Positions 1 to 12,796 of a DNA stretch of 64,000 nucleotides are shown here, piece by piece; within the stretch, counting starts at the first letter, position 1; every line of letters starts with the position of its first letter. Position numbers and translations under genes: made by a program. The stretch comes from Octopus vulgaris (lineage: Eukaryota). The DNA is taken from contig OX597821.1 of NCBI GenBank assembly GCA_951406725.2, positions 11,222,001 to 11,286,000 on the forward strand, read 5' to 3'. The notes below the pieces were generated by a model that ran no database searches, was not told the origin of the DNA, and saw only the letters and a program-made list of their open reading frames with translations.

Positions 1-2290
1 ACATCGTTGCACTTGCCCTCCACAAACTCAGTTCTCCATTGTGCGGGTGTAGACAGCAAGTGGAGTGCCTGAGAAGTGGAACGCGTTCATTCAACAAAAA
101 TGTAAGAGTATGTGATCTGCTTTGGTCAGACGTAAACTGGGACAAGGCACGTCCAGCAGGCGGTAATACATAACGAAAGTGAGGTAAGCATTCGGCACCC
201 GTGCTCGACCTTTTGGAGACAGCTTTCCCTTAGTCCATTTCTGAGTGAGATTGGCTACCCTGCTCGTTCCTGTGTCCTAATTCATCTCCATCTGGAGATC
301 CGGCCAAAACCAGATCCCAAACAAGTTAACCGGTCCCTCTGTCCAGCTTCCCACGACGGTATTGGGTGCTGATCAGCAGTAGTCTAAAAAGTACGAGGTA
401 GTGATAGGAGCAAAAATTAACCCTTAAAAGTCAGTGGGCCTGAAGATCGGCACCCAATACCGTCTTGTTTGCGTTCTTTCTTAGCAGTGCCACCGTACCT
501 CAACTCACAGAACTAGGAATTCTCCCACTCTCTGCTGCCAGTTGCGGTAGATATCAGCTAAAAGGCCACCGAACAATTCTGAGATATAAAAGTAAAGCTC
601 GTAAGGGCAGATCATTGAAAGCAGGTGATTTAACCACTACCCCAACTCACAGCCGTGCAACTCATATCGGCGCTGTTATCGGAATATCGCAACGGTCCGC
701 CCCACCCCCTTCGCGATAGTTGTGGTTGCTGTTGATATGGGCACGTGATCCATCCTGTGTTCTGGGCTGTCATTCGTCCTGAATAGTTGGGTGAATTGCT
801 GCTGAAGTGCCGCACACATCTGTTCGGACACGAGTAACATGCGCCCATTTTGGTCCCCCAAACACCGATTTGTGGTTTTGATACCACGTTGTACCTCAGT
901 CACTCGAGCCAATGAAGTCCGACACTACCACTGTGGGATCGTTCACATATGCCGACACGAAACTTCCGTATCCAAGTTCACGCGGATTGCTCCTCGAAAG
1001 CTCCATCTTCCGCAGTAGTGGCTCAAGTACCAGTACGTAGAGAAGGAGTGAGAGTGGGCATACTTGACGGACCGCATGTGCGATGCTAAACGATTCCGAG
1101 AGGTGTCCATTTCCTTTGACCACCAAATAGATATCGCTGTATATTGCAACAAACCAGCCTCCTAAAACGGGACCGAAAGCAGCCACCTTGAGGATAGCCA
1201 CTAGGAAGCCCCTTAAAAACCATCTGCTGGCCGTTACACTGGGATCTTCAATATCATGCGGGTAGCTGTTTGATGCTGTTAGAAGTCTCTAATGTCATTC
1301 GCACCATCATTAGGCTCTCCTGTTCTCTAAAAGTTTTGGGGCTGCAGTTCACCACCTCTATTTCAATGTTCTCGTTTTTTTTTCTATGTGCGTCATCAGC
1401 TTTTCATTGGCCCTCCTTGCTGCCGTGTGGATGGTTGTTGTTGTAGTGACATTTTTCTTTTCATTACTCTGTAACTGCTCTGGCTTCTCATGAAGAACCT
1501 CGAAGATAGACCCCAGCCAATTCTCCCTCCTCGATCTTTTAACATCCAGGAGATTATCCTCATTGTCCGTACGAATACAGGCGAGAATCCATCATAAATC
1601 CAAGCCTAGTGGGACTCCAGGTACCTTAATTCCCATGTGCGTTGGAAAGTGGGCGGTTTCCTCGGTGCGGCGCGTGGTCATCGAGTTCTGTATCACCTGC
1701 TCCTCTGCCTTAAAAAGGACCTCTACTCCGCTGTACTGCCTCATTCTATCAATGTGGTGGATATCCTGCCGTTTGTTTTTCAAGTCTTTTTCTACGTGGT
1801 CGCGTTTAGCATTTTTGAGTTACCTTGTCTTTGTGTTCACGCACCTATAGACAACTGTACGTTTCGATGTAGCTTCGAATACGTCACTTTCAGACGTCAA
1901 TTCTCCCCTCCTTCCATTCATTTTCATATATCATGCTGCCTTCTATAGCTTTTCTATTCTGTTCTCCAATGAGACGTTAATTAATCCCTTAGCTGCCGTG
2001 ATATTTTCAAAAGTTTTTCTTCCACTGCTAACTTCATTTTTGGTGCTTTCAATATTACTTTGCGTGCTACTACGATTTCCATATGGTGAGAGAGACTTTA
2101 CTCCTTCCTTCCTCTCGCTTTCTTTCTGCTCTTCCCCTTCTTTCTTCTGTTCTTGACTCTTCACTTTTTTTTCCTTCTTTTCTTCCTGTTGTCTGCTGCC
2201 AATCATGGTGGGGGTGACGGGGGAGTCCTCATGCAAATTGCCGTACCACCTTCCTTCCTCACTGCCGCATTTCGTTGCCATCTTAAATGT
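1..2290 (-). mobile_element. Decayed, internally rearranged Tx1/L1-clade LINE (ORF1 remnant ~1300-2280; ORF2/RT fragments 1-1201)
   Basis: The 896-1201 ORF reads GHLSESFSIAHAVRQVCPLSLLLYVLVLEPLL...SAYVND, matching L1/Tx1 RT GVRQGCPLSP...YADD. 465-650 (-) reads KSP..LFGGLLADIYRNWQQSGRIPSS..GTVALLRK (RT N-terminus). 1-374 (-) reads GPVNLFGIWF and WTKGKLSPKGRA..YYRL. Stops and frameshifts throughout. Confidence 0.85.
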
Positions 2291-2344
2291 TTGCTTTCTT
2301 CGAAGCAAATTTTCGAAAAAAATTGTAGACAAAAGTGTTTGTAA

Positions 2345-2544
2345 AGTTCTATATTTAAGAGATGAGGAATTATGTACATTATTTACATTTGAAGGACATT
2401 TGTCCTCAACTTGTTTGTTATTAACACAACGTTTCGGCTCATATACCTCCATCCATCACCAGGTGTCTTGGGAAATTTCGAACCTGGATTCTCATTCCTA
2501 AGGTATTTTTCGATGTTGTTGTTGTTGTTATTATTATTATTATC

Positions 2545-2622
<78 letters not shown>

Positions 2623-2761
2623 ATCACTGCCTGGAATCGAAATGGGAATCTTGGGGTTAGTAGACAGCGCTCTTAACCACTACGCCATATGCCGTGGACG
2701 TGGTGGTTAAGAGTGCGGGCTACTATCTCCAAGATTCTGAGTTCGATTCCAAGCAGTGACA

Positions 2762-2843
<82 letters not shown>

Positions 2844-2992
2844 TAACATCGAAAAATACCTTAGGAATGAGGACCCAGTTTTGAAATTTCCCCAAGACAC
2901 CTGATGAAAGCTGGAGAGTATATCAGCCGAAACGTTGTGTTAACAACAAACAAGATGAAGACAAATATTCGTCAAATGTAAACAATGTAAAT
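2345..2992. mobile_element. Head-to-head inverted pair of a tRNA-headed element with internal (AAT)n and a hammerhead-bearing tail
   Basis: Arms ~2375-2686 and 2696-2992 are diverged reverse complements. Each has an A-box-like GTGGTTAAGAG, a B-box-like GTTCGATTCC (TTTCGATTCC in the left arm), an (AAT)n tract and a CTG(A/G)TGA...GAAACGTT motif. Confidence 0.85.
2896..2941 (+). ncRNA. Minimal type I hammerhead ribozyme motif (Penelope-like)
   Basis: GACAC-CTGATGA-aaGCTG..CAGCc-GAAAC-GTT-GTGTT. Helix I is GACAC/GUGUU, helix II is GCUG/CAGC, and helix III is reduced to the AACGUU palindrome. The opposite arm carries a degenerate CUGGUGA core. Confidence 0.65.
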
Positions 2993-3724
2993 AAAAAGGT
3001 TTGTATCACGTTAACAAACGTCATCCCCCACTCCCAAAGGGCAGCTTAATTAACCTACAAAACAAAGTATAGAACTTTTTGAAACAAGTGAATTAAGCCT
3101 AAACTCACAGCGTTACAAAAACACACCTCCAGCTATCAATGATGATAATAATAATAATCCACCAGAATTTATAGTAAAGATGTCCTAAAGGAACAGTAAA
3201 AATTACAAGGCAGCATAACAAAATATATGGATAAGAATTAGTATAACCATCTTTTCAAATTACAAAGGAATAAACATTTGTACGAAAGAAATGACAAACG
3301 TAACAGAGTCCTGCAAGAATTTATGCTCATGACATTAGACGACCTGGATATGGGCAGACTGGCTGACTTGATCTACATTGCATCTGTTCTAACTTCCAGA
3401 GAAGCTGTGATTGACCCTAACAGGGAACAAATCCCAGCCAAACTGAAAACCCCATATGGAAAGATAATGTAGTTTGAAGAATTGTAAATCAAAAGAATGA
3501 CCTTTCTTATTCTGTGAATTAGAAAAAGGATCGATGATGAAAAAGAGGAAGCAAATAATAACAAAATATAATATGAACTAGAACAGAGGATACCTTGAAG
3601 CAAAAGATGAACTCAAATAGAGTATAGCAGCAAAAACTTTGCAGTATCAAACATTGGGGAAACATAAATGTTTCTTCCAAGAAAATAAAGAATTTGAGAT
3701 GAACCTTTTATCATTTTTTTATAT

Positions 3725-3910
3725 CTTTTTACTTGTTTCAATCATTAGACTAGGGCCATGCTGGGGTACCGCTTTAAAGAAGTGTTAGCCGAATGTATCG
3801 ACATCAGTACTTACTTTTTATAAGCATGGTAGTTATTCTATCGGTCTCTTCTGCCGAACTGCTAATCTATGATGACAGAAGCACAACAGCAGCGGTTGTC
3901 AAGCAGTGAT
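3725..3910 (-). mobile_element. 3' fragment of SINE family B
   Basis: TTTTACTTGTTTCA..GGCCATGCTGG..TTATTCTATCGGTCTC..GCCGAAC matches the tail of the complete copies. Confidence 0.75.
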
Positions 3911-3944
3911 AGGAGTAAGAACACTGTTATATACTTTTTTCGGG

Positions 3945-4640
3945 GGTGGGAGTCGATTAGATTAACCCCAGTACTCGACTGATACTTAATTTCTCGAAAC
4001 CGGAAGGATGAAAGGCAAAGTCGACCTCGGCGGAATTTGAACTCAGAACGTAAAGACAGACGAAATACCGCTAAGCTTTTCGCACGGCATGCTGACGTTT
4101 CTTCTTTCTTTATTACCCACAAGGGGCTAAGCACAGAGAAGACAAACAAGGACAGACAGAGGGATGAAGTCGATTACATCGACCCCAGTGCGTAACTGGT
4201 ACTTAATTTATCGACCACAAAAGGATGAAAGGCAAAGTCGACCACGGTGGAAATTGAATTCAGAACGTAGCGGCAGAAGAAATACTGCTAAGCAATTCAC
4301 CCGGCGTGTTGGAGTTTCTGCCAGCTTGCTGCTTTTCTAGTAGGAATGGCAAAGTCGACCTCTGCGGAATTTAAACTCAGAACGTAACGGCGGACGAAAT
4401 ACCTATTTCTTTACTACCCACAAGGGGCTAAACACCGAGAGGACAAACAAGGACAGACAAACGGATTAAAGTCGATTATATCGACCCCAGTGTGTAACTG
4501 GTACTTAATTTTTCGACCCTGAAAATATGAAAGGCAAAGTCGACCTCGGCGGAATTTGAACTCAGAACGTAACGGCAGACGAAATACCGGTAAGCATTTC
4601 GCCCGGCGTGCTAACGATTCTGCCAGCTCACCGCCTTCGA
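3945..4640 (-). mobile_element. Stack of ~4 partial/complete copies of SINE family C
   Basis: Repeated AAGGCAAAGTCGACCTCGGCGGAATTTGAACTCAGAACG (B-box GAGTTCAAATTCC on -). The last copy ends at CTGCCAGCTCACCGCC. Confidence 0.85.
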
Positions 4641-4734
4641 ACGCAGATATATAGACATACGTAGATATACACTCACGCACACACATGTGCACGCACGCAC
4701 ACACACACGCACATATGTATACGTATAAACGATT

Positions 4735-4870
4735 AGCTTCTTTCTGTTTCCGTCTTCCAAATCCATTCACAAGGCTTTGGTTCGCTCGAGGCTATAATAG
4801 AAGACACTGCTACAAAGTGCCGCGCAAAGGGATTGAACTCGGAACCATGTAGTTGGGAAGCAAGCTTCAT
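4735..4870 (-). mobile_element. 5' fragment of SINE family B
   Basis: TTTCCGTCT.CCAAATCCA.TCACAAGGCTTTGG...TGAAC.CGGAACCATGT. Confidence 0.7.
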
Positions 4871-5200
4871 GTCATACAAGAAACAATCCATAACAATAAA
4901 ATACATGCTAGCAATATCAGACATTCAAAAAGTCTTGAAGAAAACGCAGCAGAAAGAGCGACACAATGACAAATACACAGGAGGAGGATTAGACAGGAGG
5001 AGGAAAAAGTCTAGCACCTCAAATGTCATCGCTAGTGATGATATCAAAAATGCAGTGAGAAGCCCCCAGTAACTGGTATGCACGAAGAGCATGCATGCTC
5101 TCCATCTACCGGCCGAAATAAATCACTAGTACCCATGAATTCATGGCATCTGCACTTAATGAAATTTTAAGCGTACAAGAATCAAAACTTATGTGAATGA

Positions 5201-5244
<44 letters not shown>

Positions 5245-8200
5245 ATAAATATATATATTCTTTTATTCTTTTACTTGTTTCAGTCATGCGGCTATGTAAC
5301 ACATGGAAATTGAATAGTAAATCATGAAAGGATACTATAGAAAAGCGAGACTAATATTAACAACCGAGCTAAATGCAAACAATAAAATAATAGTTATAAA
5401 TATGTTATCCATACAAATTATAAACTACTACTTCAATATGATAAACTGGAATGAGTTAAATGAGTTGAAATGTTTTGATAGAAAAGTGCTGACAGCATAA
5501 AGATGTCACTACCTCAGAGCAAATATAGACAGAATATATTTACCCCACGCGGAAACACAAGGAAGCCTGATACAAATAGAAAACTTGTATAAAATAATAA
5601 CAGTTGGACTGGACAACTAATTAGAAAACAATGAAGGAAGACTTATAAGTGTAATAAAGAAACATAGAAAAAACTTTTCTCAATTCACAACGAAGCGACA
5701 TTAGACAAAATACACTGCGACAATAAATTTAGATAACTCAATAGAAATGGTTACATAGACAAAAAAAAAAAGAAACAATATGAAAACAAAATAACAAAAC
5801 ATACTAAAGAAAAACATCGAGTAGAAAACCACTGTGCAGCAATTAACCCACAAAGCTCGACAGAGAAATAAAAAAAGTCAAGTGAAAAGTCAATAATGGA
5901 CCCAAAATTCCTGTCTAAAAGTAGAAACGGAAGGAAGGATTCAAAACAACTATAAAAATGAAACAAAGGAAATTGATCATAAAACCACATGTGGAATGTA
6001 CAATCAGGGCACTGAGACAATTGACCACATCATCTCTGGCTACCCAGTCCTTACCATAACTGAATAATATACACAGGCTTGATCAAGTTGGGAACTACAT
6101 CCATTATGCAATATGCGAACGCGTTGACGTCAGAACGAAGAAGAAGCGGTGCAGTCATGTACCATATACGACGCAGGATAACGACCTAGCCAAAATAATC
6201 CGGAATATGCCTGTTCCTCATAAGAAAAAAATCAACGCAAACTGTCCAGTCATAATAATAAAGAAATGCAAGACAAACACATATAGACTGATAGACATCA
6301 CAATCCCTTCTGAAGAAAATATTGCCTGTAAAGTAAATTAATATCCATGAAAATACAAGGACCTTGAAATCAAAATATTCAGTCCAAAATAATATCGAAG
6401 CTCAAATCGGACGCTCTTCACACACAATGCACAGTCTATACATTAAAAACCTAATAATAAAAAACAACATAACTCACGCAACATATAATCAACAAAATTA
6501 GGATACCTTATCAAATAATTCAACTTGCATTACACACACTACGCACAACTAAATACAGATATTTCAAGGAACATTTACTTAAACTTCATAATAAGACAAA
6601 CCGAAACTCTAAACCGACAGGAGTCTATAACAGGAGTGTATACTCCTAGATAATGCTCCAAAAACTTTTGAAACAAATTGATGATGCAATACTAGCCAGA
6701 ATCTGTTATTAGAAATCGAACCGTTATGATTAAGTTGATTGACCAGGTTTTAGACTGTAGGCAACAAATATATTTACAATGTTTTATGACCATTACCATA
6801 GGGGAGGTGTGGATTAAGTACATGTGAATGTAGCGAATGATGGGAGAGAACTACACCCGTGCAGGGGATGAGAAAAGCAAGTAAAGAGGTTCAAAAGCAA
6901 GTAAAGAGAGAGTACTGCATGTACTCCTTTAAAAGAAAAATAATATACCCAATTGCTAAAGGGGACAGAAACATGACATGATGACCATCACGAGAAAAAT
7001 ACAAATAAGCACTGACAAGGCGAATTTTGGAGTCTACGAAAAAGATTCTTGGGATTGTCTTCGAGGAGGAAATTTGAAATAAGTTGAGTGTACCATTGTG
7101 GCTGCTCGGGTCCAATCTATTACAACAATTGCCAAGAGTAAATATGAGCCTGAAGAAGCAATATCGCATCTGTGTAGATTATGCAGTATGCATGATAACA
7201 TGGTGGCAGATTTGGTATCTGAATATTAGTTACTTTTGCAGAGAGTACAAGAAGTGACGACATGACCAAGATACTGTTTATACATTGGAAACGTTGCATG
7301 GGGAGGCAAAGTTTAAACACCAGCCTGTGGCATTAATTGCGTCAGAGAGCTGGCAAATTTCGTGTGATTTTACAATACTCCGTTGTTTTCCGGGACAATC
7401 TTCAATGAGGGGCATATATTTTATATAATAAATATGCAATGATTTAGTCATTAAGTGCTAGTTATACCTTTCACCAGACTGTTAACCGTTTGACTAGTGA
7501 ACACGAAAAGGTTACTCAGGGCTTCTTCTTGTTACTTGGAAAACATAATAAATTGGATGCTAACGTAAAAAATACAAAGAACTCAGTAATCTTAATTAGT
7601 TAAAATGACACTCGTGAGAAGAATAAATTATTCCTTAGCTAAATTAACATTTCTTGTTAGGAAATCCAGGTGTTAAGCAGATTGGTTACGAACTCCTGAA
7701 CTACAATGTGAAGTATGCAGATCTAATAATTAACTTTTGTCGAACTGTTGAGCAAATTGATTTTCTTAATCAATCCATTTCTATTTTGAGTAAGAATCAA
7801 TACCATATATTGCTATATCACATTGCGTGTCTATAGATGGATAATCTGAGCTATTGATTCCAAAATTCTGACTGATCACTACTTTATGCTATATAATGAT
7901 CAAAGGTTTGTATAACTTCGTATTTATGTCTGTTTTTCATGACTTTTTATGTGCATTCCTGTACTGAAACCGATACTGTTGCACTTTGTAATAGCCATTG
8001 CCTGTAATAGCCATTGCCTCAATAAAATAACATGCACTGGTTGGAGTTACTCACTCCAGCAGCGGAACTAAAAATCGTTGAAAATCCACGATAGTAACAA
8101 AAATAATTATGACAAACTAATCAATTAATTGATTAGTAGAAGTATTAAATGAAGTTAACAACAACTTTTTATTGGCAGAATGACCAGAAAGACACTCCTA

Positions 8201-11200
8201 ATGTACAAAATTAGATTTCACAAATGTTACTATTTTTTAATCAACAGCTGACTAAACAAATGTGAAATATTGTATGAAAGAATGTATTTATGGTTGTTGT
8301 TCTTGTAATTATTGTGGTCTGCTTTTTCTAATTTAATCTGCAAAATTCTCGATGACCTCAAACTCTCTTAAATTCCCTGCTAACTTTGCAGGAGATTTCT
8401 TTGTGCTCTCTGTTATCTGTTCTAGGAGCGCAAATTTCGTTTTGCTTAGCTTGCGGGATTTTAGCATCAACTAATACAAGCGGCTCGGATTAATGCATAA
8501 ACCAGATCTCGCGAGCGGGTTAGGGACAATTATTTGCAAAATCCTTATTCAAAATTTAGGACAAAGTAAGTGTTGGGGTGAGAGACCAAGATAATTTATT
8601 GCGAATTTATTCCCAATGAAGAAAGCAAAAGATATGAAGTCTTAAGAAAAGTTAGTGTATAGAGCTGCGTGGGAAAAATTCTTCCGCATAATATATATGA
8701 GCTGCTAATAAATAAGAAAAAAGAAATAAATTATCCAATGGAATGTATACTTGAGAAGACTAATGCTTAATAGAATGTTTACACTGTTTTATTTGCAAAA
8801 CCATTCATTAGCGTTCATATCATATAGAATACATTCGGAATAAAATGTACGTGAAAACAAATAAATCATTCGGTTCTGGGTTTATGAACAAAATGATTTA
8901 GAAATAGGTCACATCTTTTGATGTGATCTATTTTATGCATAAACAATCTTCATTTGTTGAGATAACAAAATAATCTCCAAGGTGATTTGACAAATCATCG
9001 GAACGAATATTAATGAAAAGTTCTTGTCGAACTCCAACTCTGAACGACTGGAGAAGATTGAAAATTAAAGAAATGATTACAATATCGTTTTATAAAACTG
9101 TGCGGGACCAAACATTGTTTTTGAACAGATCCAGGTCACGTGTCGGATACACATAATTAAACAAGAGTTGTGTCTCGTAGATGTATTCAAGTAGTCTATG
9201 CTTGAATAAGCCTACGATAACTATACTCATTGAGTAATCCAACAGAATCTTATTAATGCTACACGCACTTTCAGGATAGGAGACGGTAAACCTTCACTGT
9301 ATAATTATTCCTATGTGGTATAATGAACACTGGAAATAATATCCGTCCTATGTCAACAGAAGACATTTTGACTCTGCCCATGTTTCTTCATTATCTTGTT
9401 CTCCAATGTATTCCCTAGCAAAACATACAAATAATTTGGTTTCTGTTTTAATAAAAGAAATTTCTATATACGTTACTTCAAACAACCGCCATGCAGTTTG
9501 TTCAGTTCTCTAACTTTAACCGGGCGTTAAAGTACCACTGGTGATAGAAACAGCGCTCAGTTTCTTATTGATACCCCTTTCAGTTTCTTTATTGGTACAC
9601 TGCAATGTAAGAAATGATTGCGATTATTAGATAAGCCATTAAGCTTTCGTCACAAGTCTTTATATGTGGTCAGATAAGCAGCTAAGTTAAACCTAATGAT
9701 GCATATAAGTAAGCCATCATTTAATTTGACAGCAAATTTTTAGATTCGTTCGAGCATTCTCTTCAGTACTGGTTTTGGCTATCTTTGTCTTTCATATCTT
9801 CAGTGCAATATGTAAAGTAGTGATTAAATACAGCTGACGTTTCTACACAGTATTTCTCTCCCTCCCCTCCCTCTCTTTCACACACAGACGCACGCACACA
9901 CACACACACATATGGGGGAGATGGATTTGGGTGGGTGATTCTTAAAAGTTGATATGTGCAAGAAAAACTTTATCACCTCTCAGTGGATTCGTGAAGAAAT
10001 GCAAAAATTAAAAATCAGTAACTTGTGCTTGTCCAACGGAAATTTCTCTCAGCAAGATCACTTCCGAGAGTTTTACATAGATCAAAGTTCGCACATACAC
10101 AGAGTAGATTTCCATTATTTTCTACAGGTTTGGGGGAGAATTTCTTCATAGCATTGAAAGATAAAGAGTCACTAGTCTAGTTGATAGTTACCGTAATGTT
10201 CATATCCATCTAATCCGATGGTACCTACTCGGAGGTTCTTAAATTAGCTACTGACAATGCACTTATTGTCTTTTAGCCTAAAGTCATCAATCAACAAGCA
10301 TTTCAGAGTTTAAATGCTTTATATTTATGATCATTAGATATTTCGCATATCTAGCACTCTACAGGTTAATATGTTATTTCTTCTTACTATTTTTTTATTC
10401 GTTTTTGCTTAGTTGAGTGCAACTTGTACATCTGGGAAAGCGCTGCTGCATCACACAGATATATTTAAGAATGCATCCACAAAAGGATCATCCGGCCGAA
10501 TGTCAAGTAATCACTTACACAAAAATTTCCAGCTTCTAATCCACAAGCACGCTCTGTCATCTCTCTTTCTTCCTTTTCAACCGAATCTCTGCTCCTCAGA
10601 ACCTCTACTCCTTACAGCTGATTGGTTTTATGCCACATCTGTGTAGGCATTCCCGTCCCAGTTTTCTCCCCTCTCACTACCCTTGTTGTAACCAACCATG
10701 ATATAATTCTTCCGACCAGTCCTTCTATCCTAGAATACAAGCGCGCAGGAATTCCCTCCTGCTCATGACTTCCGTAAGTTTTGTTACAATAGTTCAAGTA
10801 CTTTAATTGCATCACTCTTACCCGTTTGTGAGGGCCTGTAATAGCCATAAACATCTGTCCGTCTCCAGAATCTACAAGTAAAATAGAAAGAGGTTATACC
10901 CATTGGTTCCTAATCAATGGTACAACAATAACAAGATGCAAATATTCGATCACTTAATTTATAAGACGATAAAGTGCCGCCTACGATATTTACATTCTCC
11001 AGGACACTTCAGTTAGTATTTAGTTAGCAAACATTGGCAGCGATTTGATTAACGAGTATAGTACTAAGAGGTTTTATAGCCAACACTTAGTCAAATATTG
11101 AGTGAATTTGATTAATTAATTGCCCTAATTAACAATTCTAAACGAAAACACATCAATATTTTATATTACTGGCGTTAAATATTGTAACAATCAGAATCCG

Positions 11201-11879
11201 AATAAAACTGGTGTCGGCAACATATAGTGCAGAAGAGATCTCACGAGAGAATTAAACAAGTTCATCTGTAATAAAAAGTAAGAAGTAAGAAAAAAAATCT
11301 AGCGCTTCTGGACATTTCTCTTCCTCTGAAAGCAAATAAGGGGAAATGGTGGTGGTGTTGCACTCGTTGTATGCAATAAGAATCATAGGATACTGTTAGT
11401 TTAGTCTACAAAGCACAACGTTTCCCACGATATGGAATCATTACGTTCCTGAAAAGTCTTGATCCGATTTCCTCGTTGACTAGTATGGTACGTAAAATGA
11501 AAGGCAATCGTAAAGTAAATTTCACGTTACAGAATTCTACGTTACTGCAAACGTTTTAGGACAGCAATGCCTTCGTATCGTGGTGTATGCCTATATAGTT
11601 TCGTTTATTAATCTGTCGAGTTAGTTTTGCTTGTGCTTCACTGGTGACATCAAACCAGAACGATTGAATTGTTTTGTTGTCACGAAAATGAATATTATTT
11701 TCCGTTGATTATTATTTTGCTCCGTGAACCGTTTATGAATACGACTTGTTTCTCGTCTTCTTTTTTCCATAACGATGAAATATTCAGTTCATTTCTGTCT
11801 TTCTTAATACCTCGTAGTGTGGTAGTGAAGGGAGTGGTGAGGATCCTTTCTAGGTCCCTTCAGTGAAGCCGGTTCGATG

Positions 11880-12141
11880 AGTGAGAGAGGAAGGGAGAGA
11901 AAGCGAGAGAGAAAAGAGAGGGAGACAGAGGAGTAAGAGAGAGAGAGAGAGAAATGGGCAACAAGCCCGACCTGTTGAAAGTCAAAGTCAATTTAGGCAT
12001 GATTACTCAGATCTCAGAACGCTAGAACAAGTAAAGTTCCTTTGCGTACAACAAGCGATAGAGCCTAGAGTTCATATCTCACTGCTGCTTCAACAACGTG
12101 CTTGAGGCTCAAACACTTTGTTCTTTAAAAAATGAACCTAG
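11880..12141 (+). promoter_or_regulatory. Candidate GA-repeat promoter and first exon ending ATG AAC CTA G|gtaagc
   Basis: (GA)n-rich tract 11880-11952, then unique sequence, AAAAATG (ATG at 12132) and a strong donor AG|GTAAGC at 12141/12142. Lies in a TE-poor island. No transcript evidence. Confidence 0.35.
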
Positions 12142-12796
12142 GTAAGCTTTATACATGTACGACTGAGTACTGTGTAGCTCACATGGCACTGCAGTGAGCA
12201 ACAGACGCTCTGTATAACTGACGTGTTTAGTTTTTAGCAGTAAAATTTAAGTTCTACTTATGGCATGCTATAGTCAAGGGTTTTTGGAAGAAAGGCTTCA
12301 ACTTTCAGATTTTCGATGCAACCAAGCTGCATATAAACCCTATCCGTGTAGAATTTTGGTTCACAAAATTTTAAAGGAGAATTGAACTCCAGATTGGTTT
12401 TATTCAATTTTATTTTATTGAGAAATAGGCTAGCGCCAAAGGGTCTCTTCACAGAATTTGTGTTTGGGTAAGGAGAAGTTTCAATTATAACTTGTTTATC
12501 TAATTCTTCTGTCACGTGGTAGAATTAATTAGCTACAACTAAGAATCGAACGTCGCTATGGTTTCTATTCTCAGATGCATAATCCTTAATCTATGGCATC
12601 TGTCACAATACTATAACTTGCGAGGCCTGGCGTTCATGCCAGACTTTGCTAGATTCTATCTGCACTTTTTAATACAGAGAAATGTACTAAATAATCTTAC
12701 AAAAGAAAAAGAAAAAGAAACCGACAGATTTCCTCCTTATGCTCTTTCTCTCTAAGCTCTAAGTATTTTTTTCTAACGCTGTGTAACATAGATTCG

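Larger units (their letters stand above)
3150..6420 (+). mobile_element. Highly decayed R4/Dong-like (restriction-like endonuclease) LINE interrupted by SINEs
   Basis: Frameshifted fragments DDIKNAVRSP.NW (~5040), ANIDRIYLP (~5520), ETIDHIISG.PVL (~6015) and INANCPVIII..LIDITIPSEEN..KYKDLEI (~6230-6370) resemble the RT and RLE motifs (ANRPD..LID..IP..KY.DL). Confidence 0.7.

Noticed and set aside
875-895. TGGTATCA on the minus strand resembling a tRNA-Met primer-binding site
   Set aside because: It lies inside Tx1/L1 ORF2-homologous sequence, matches only 8 nt, and has no LTR beside it.
9290-9420. Possible minus-strand exon (acceptor TGTTTTGCTAG)
   Set aside because: Stops in all frames from the acceptor, a weak donor and no recognisable protein.
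10618-10772. Possible plus-strand exon (CCTTACAG acceptor, GTAAGT donor)
   Set aside because: The phase 0 and phase 1 readings hit stops, so it cannot join the phase-1 candidates. It cannot be supported without RNA data.
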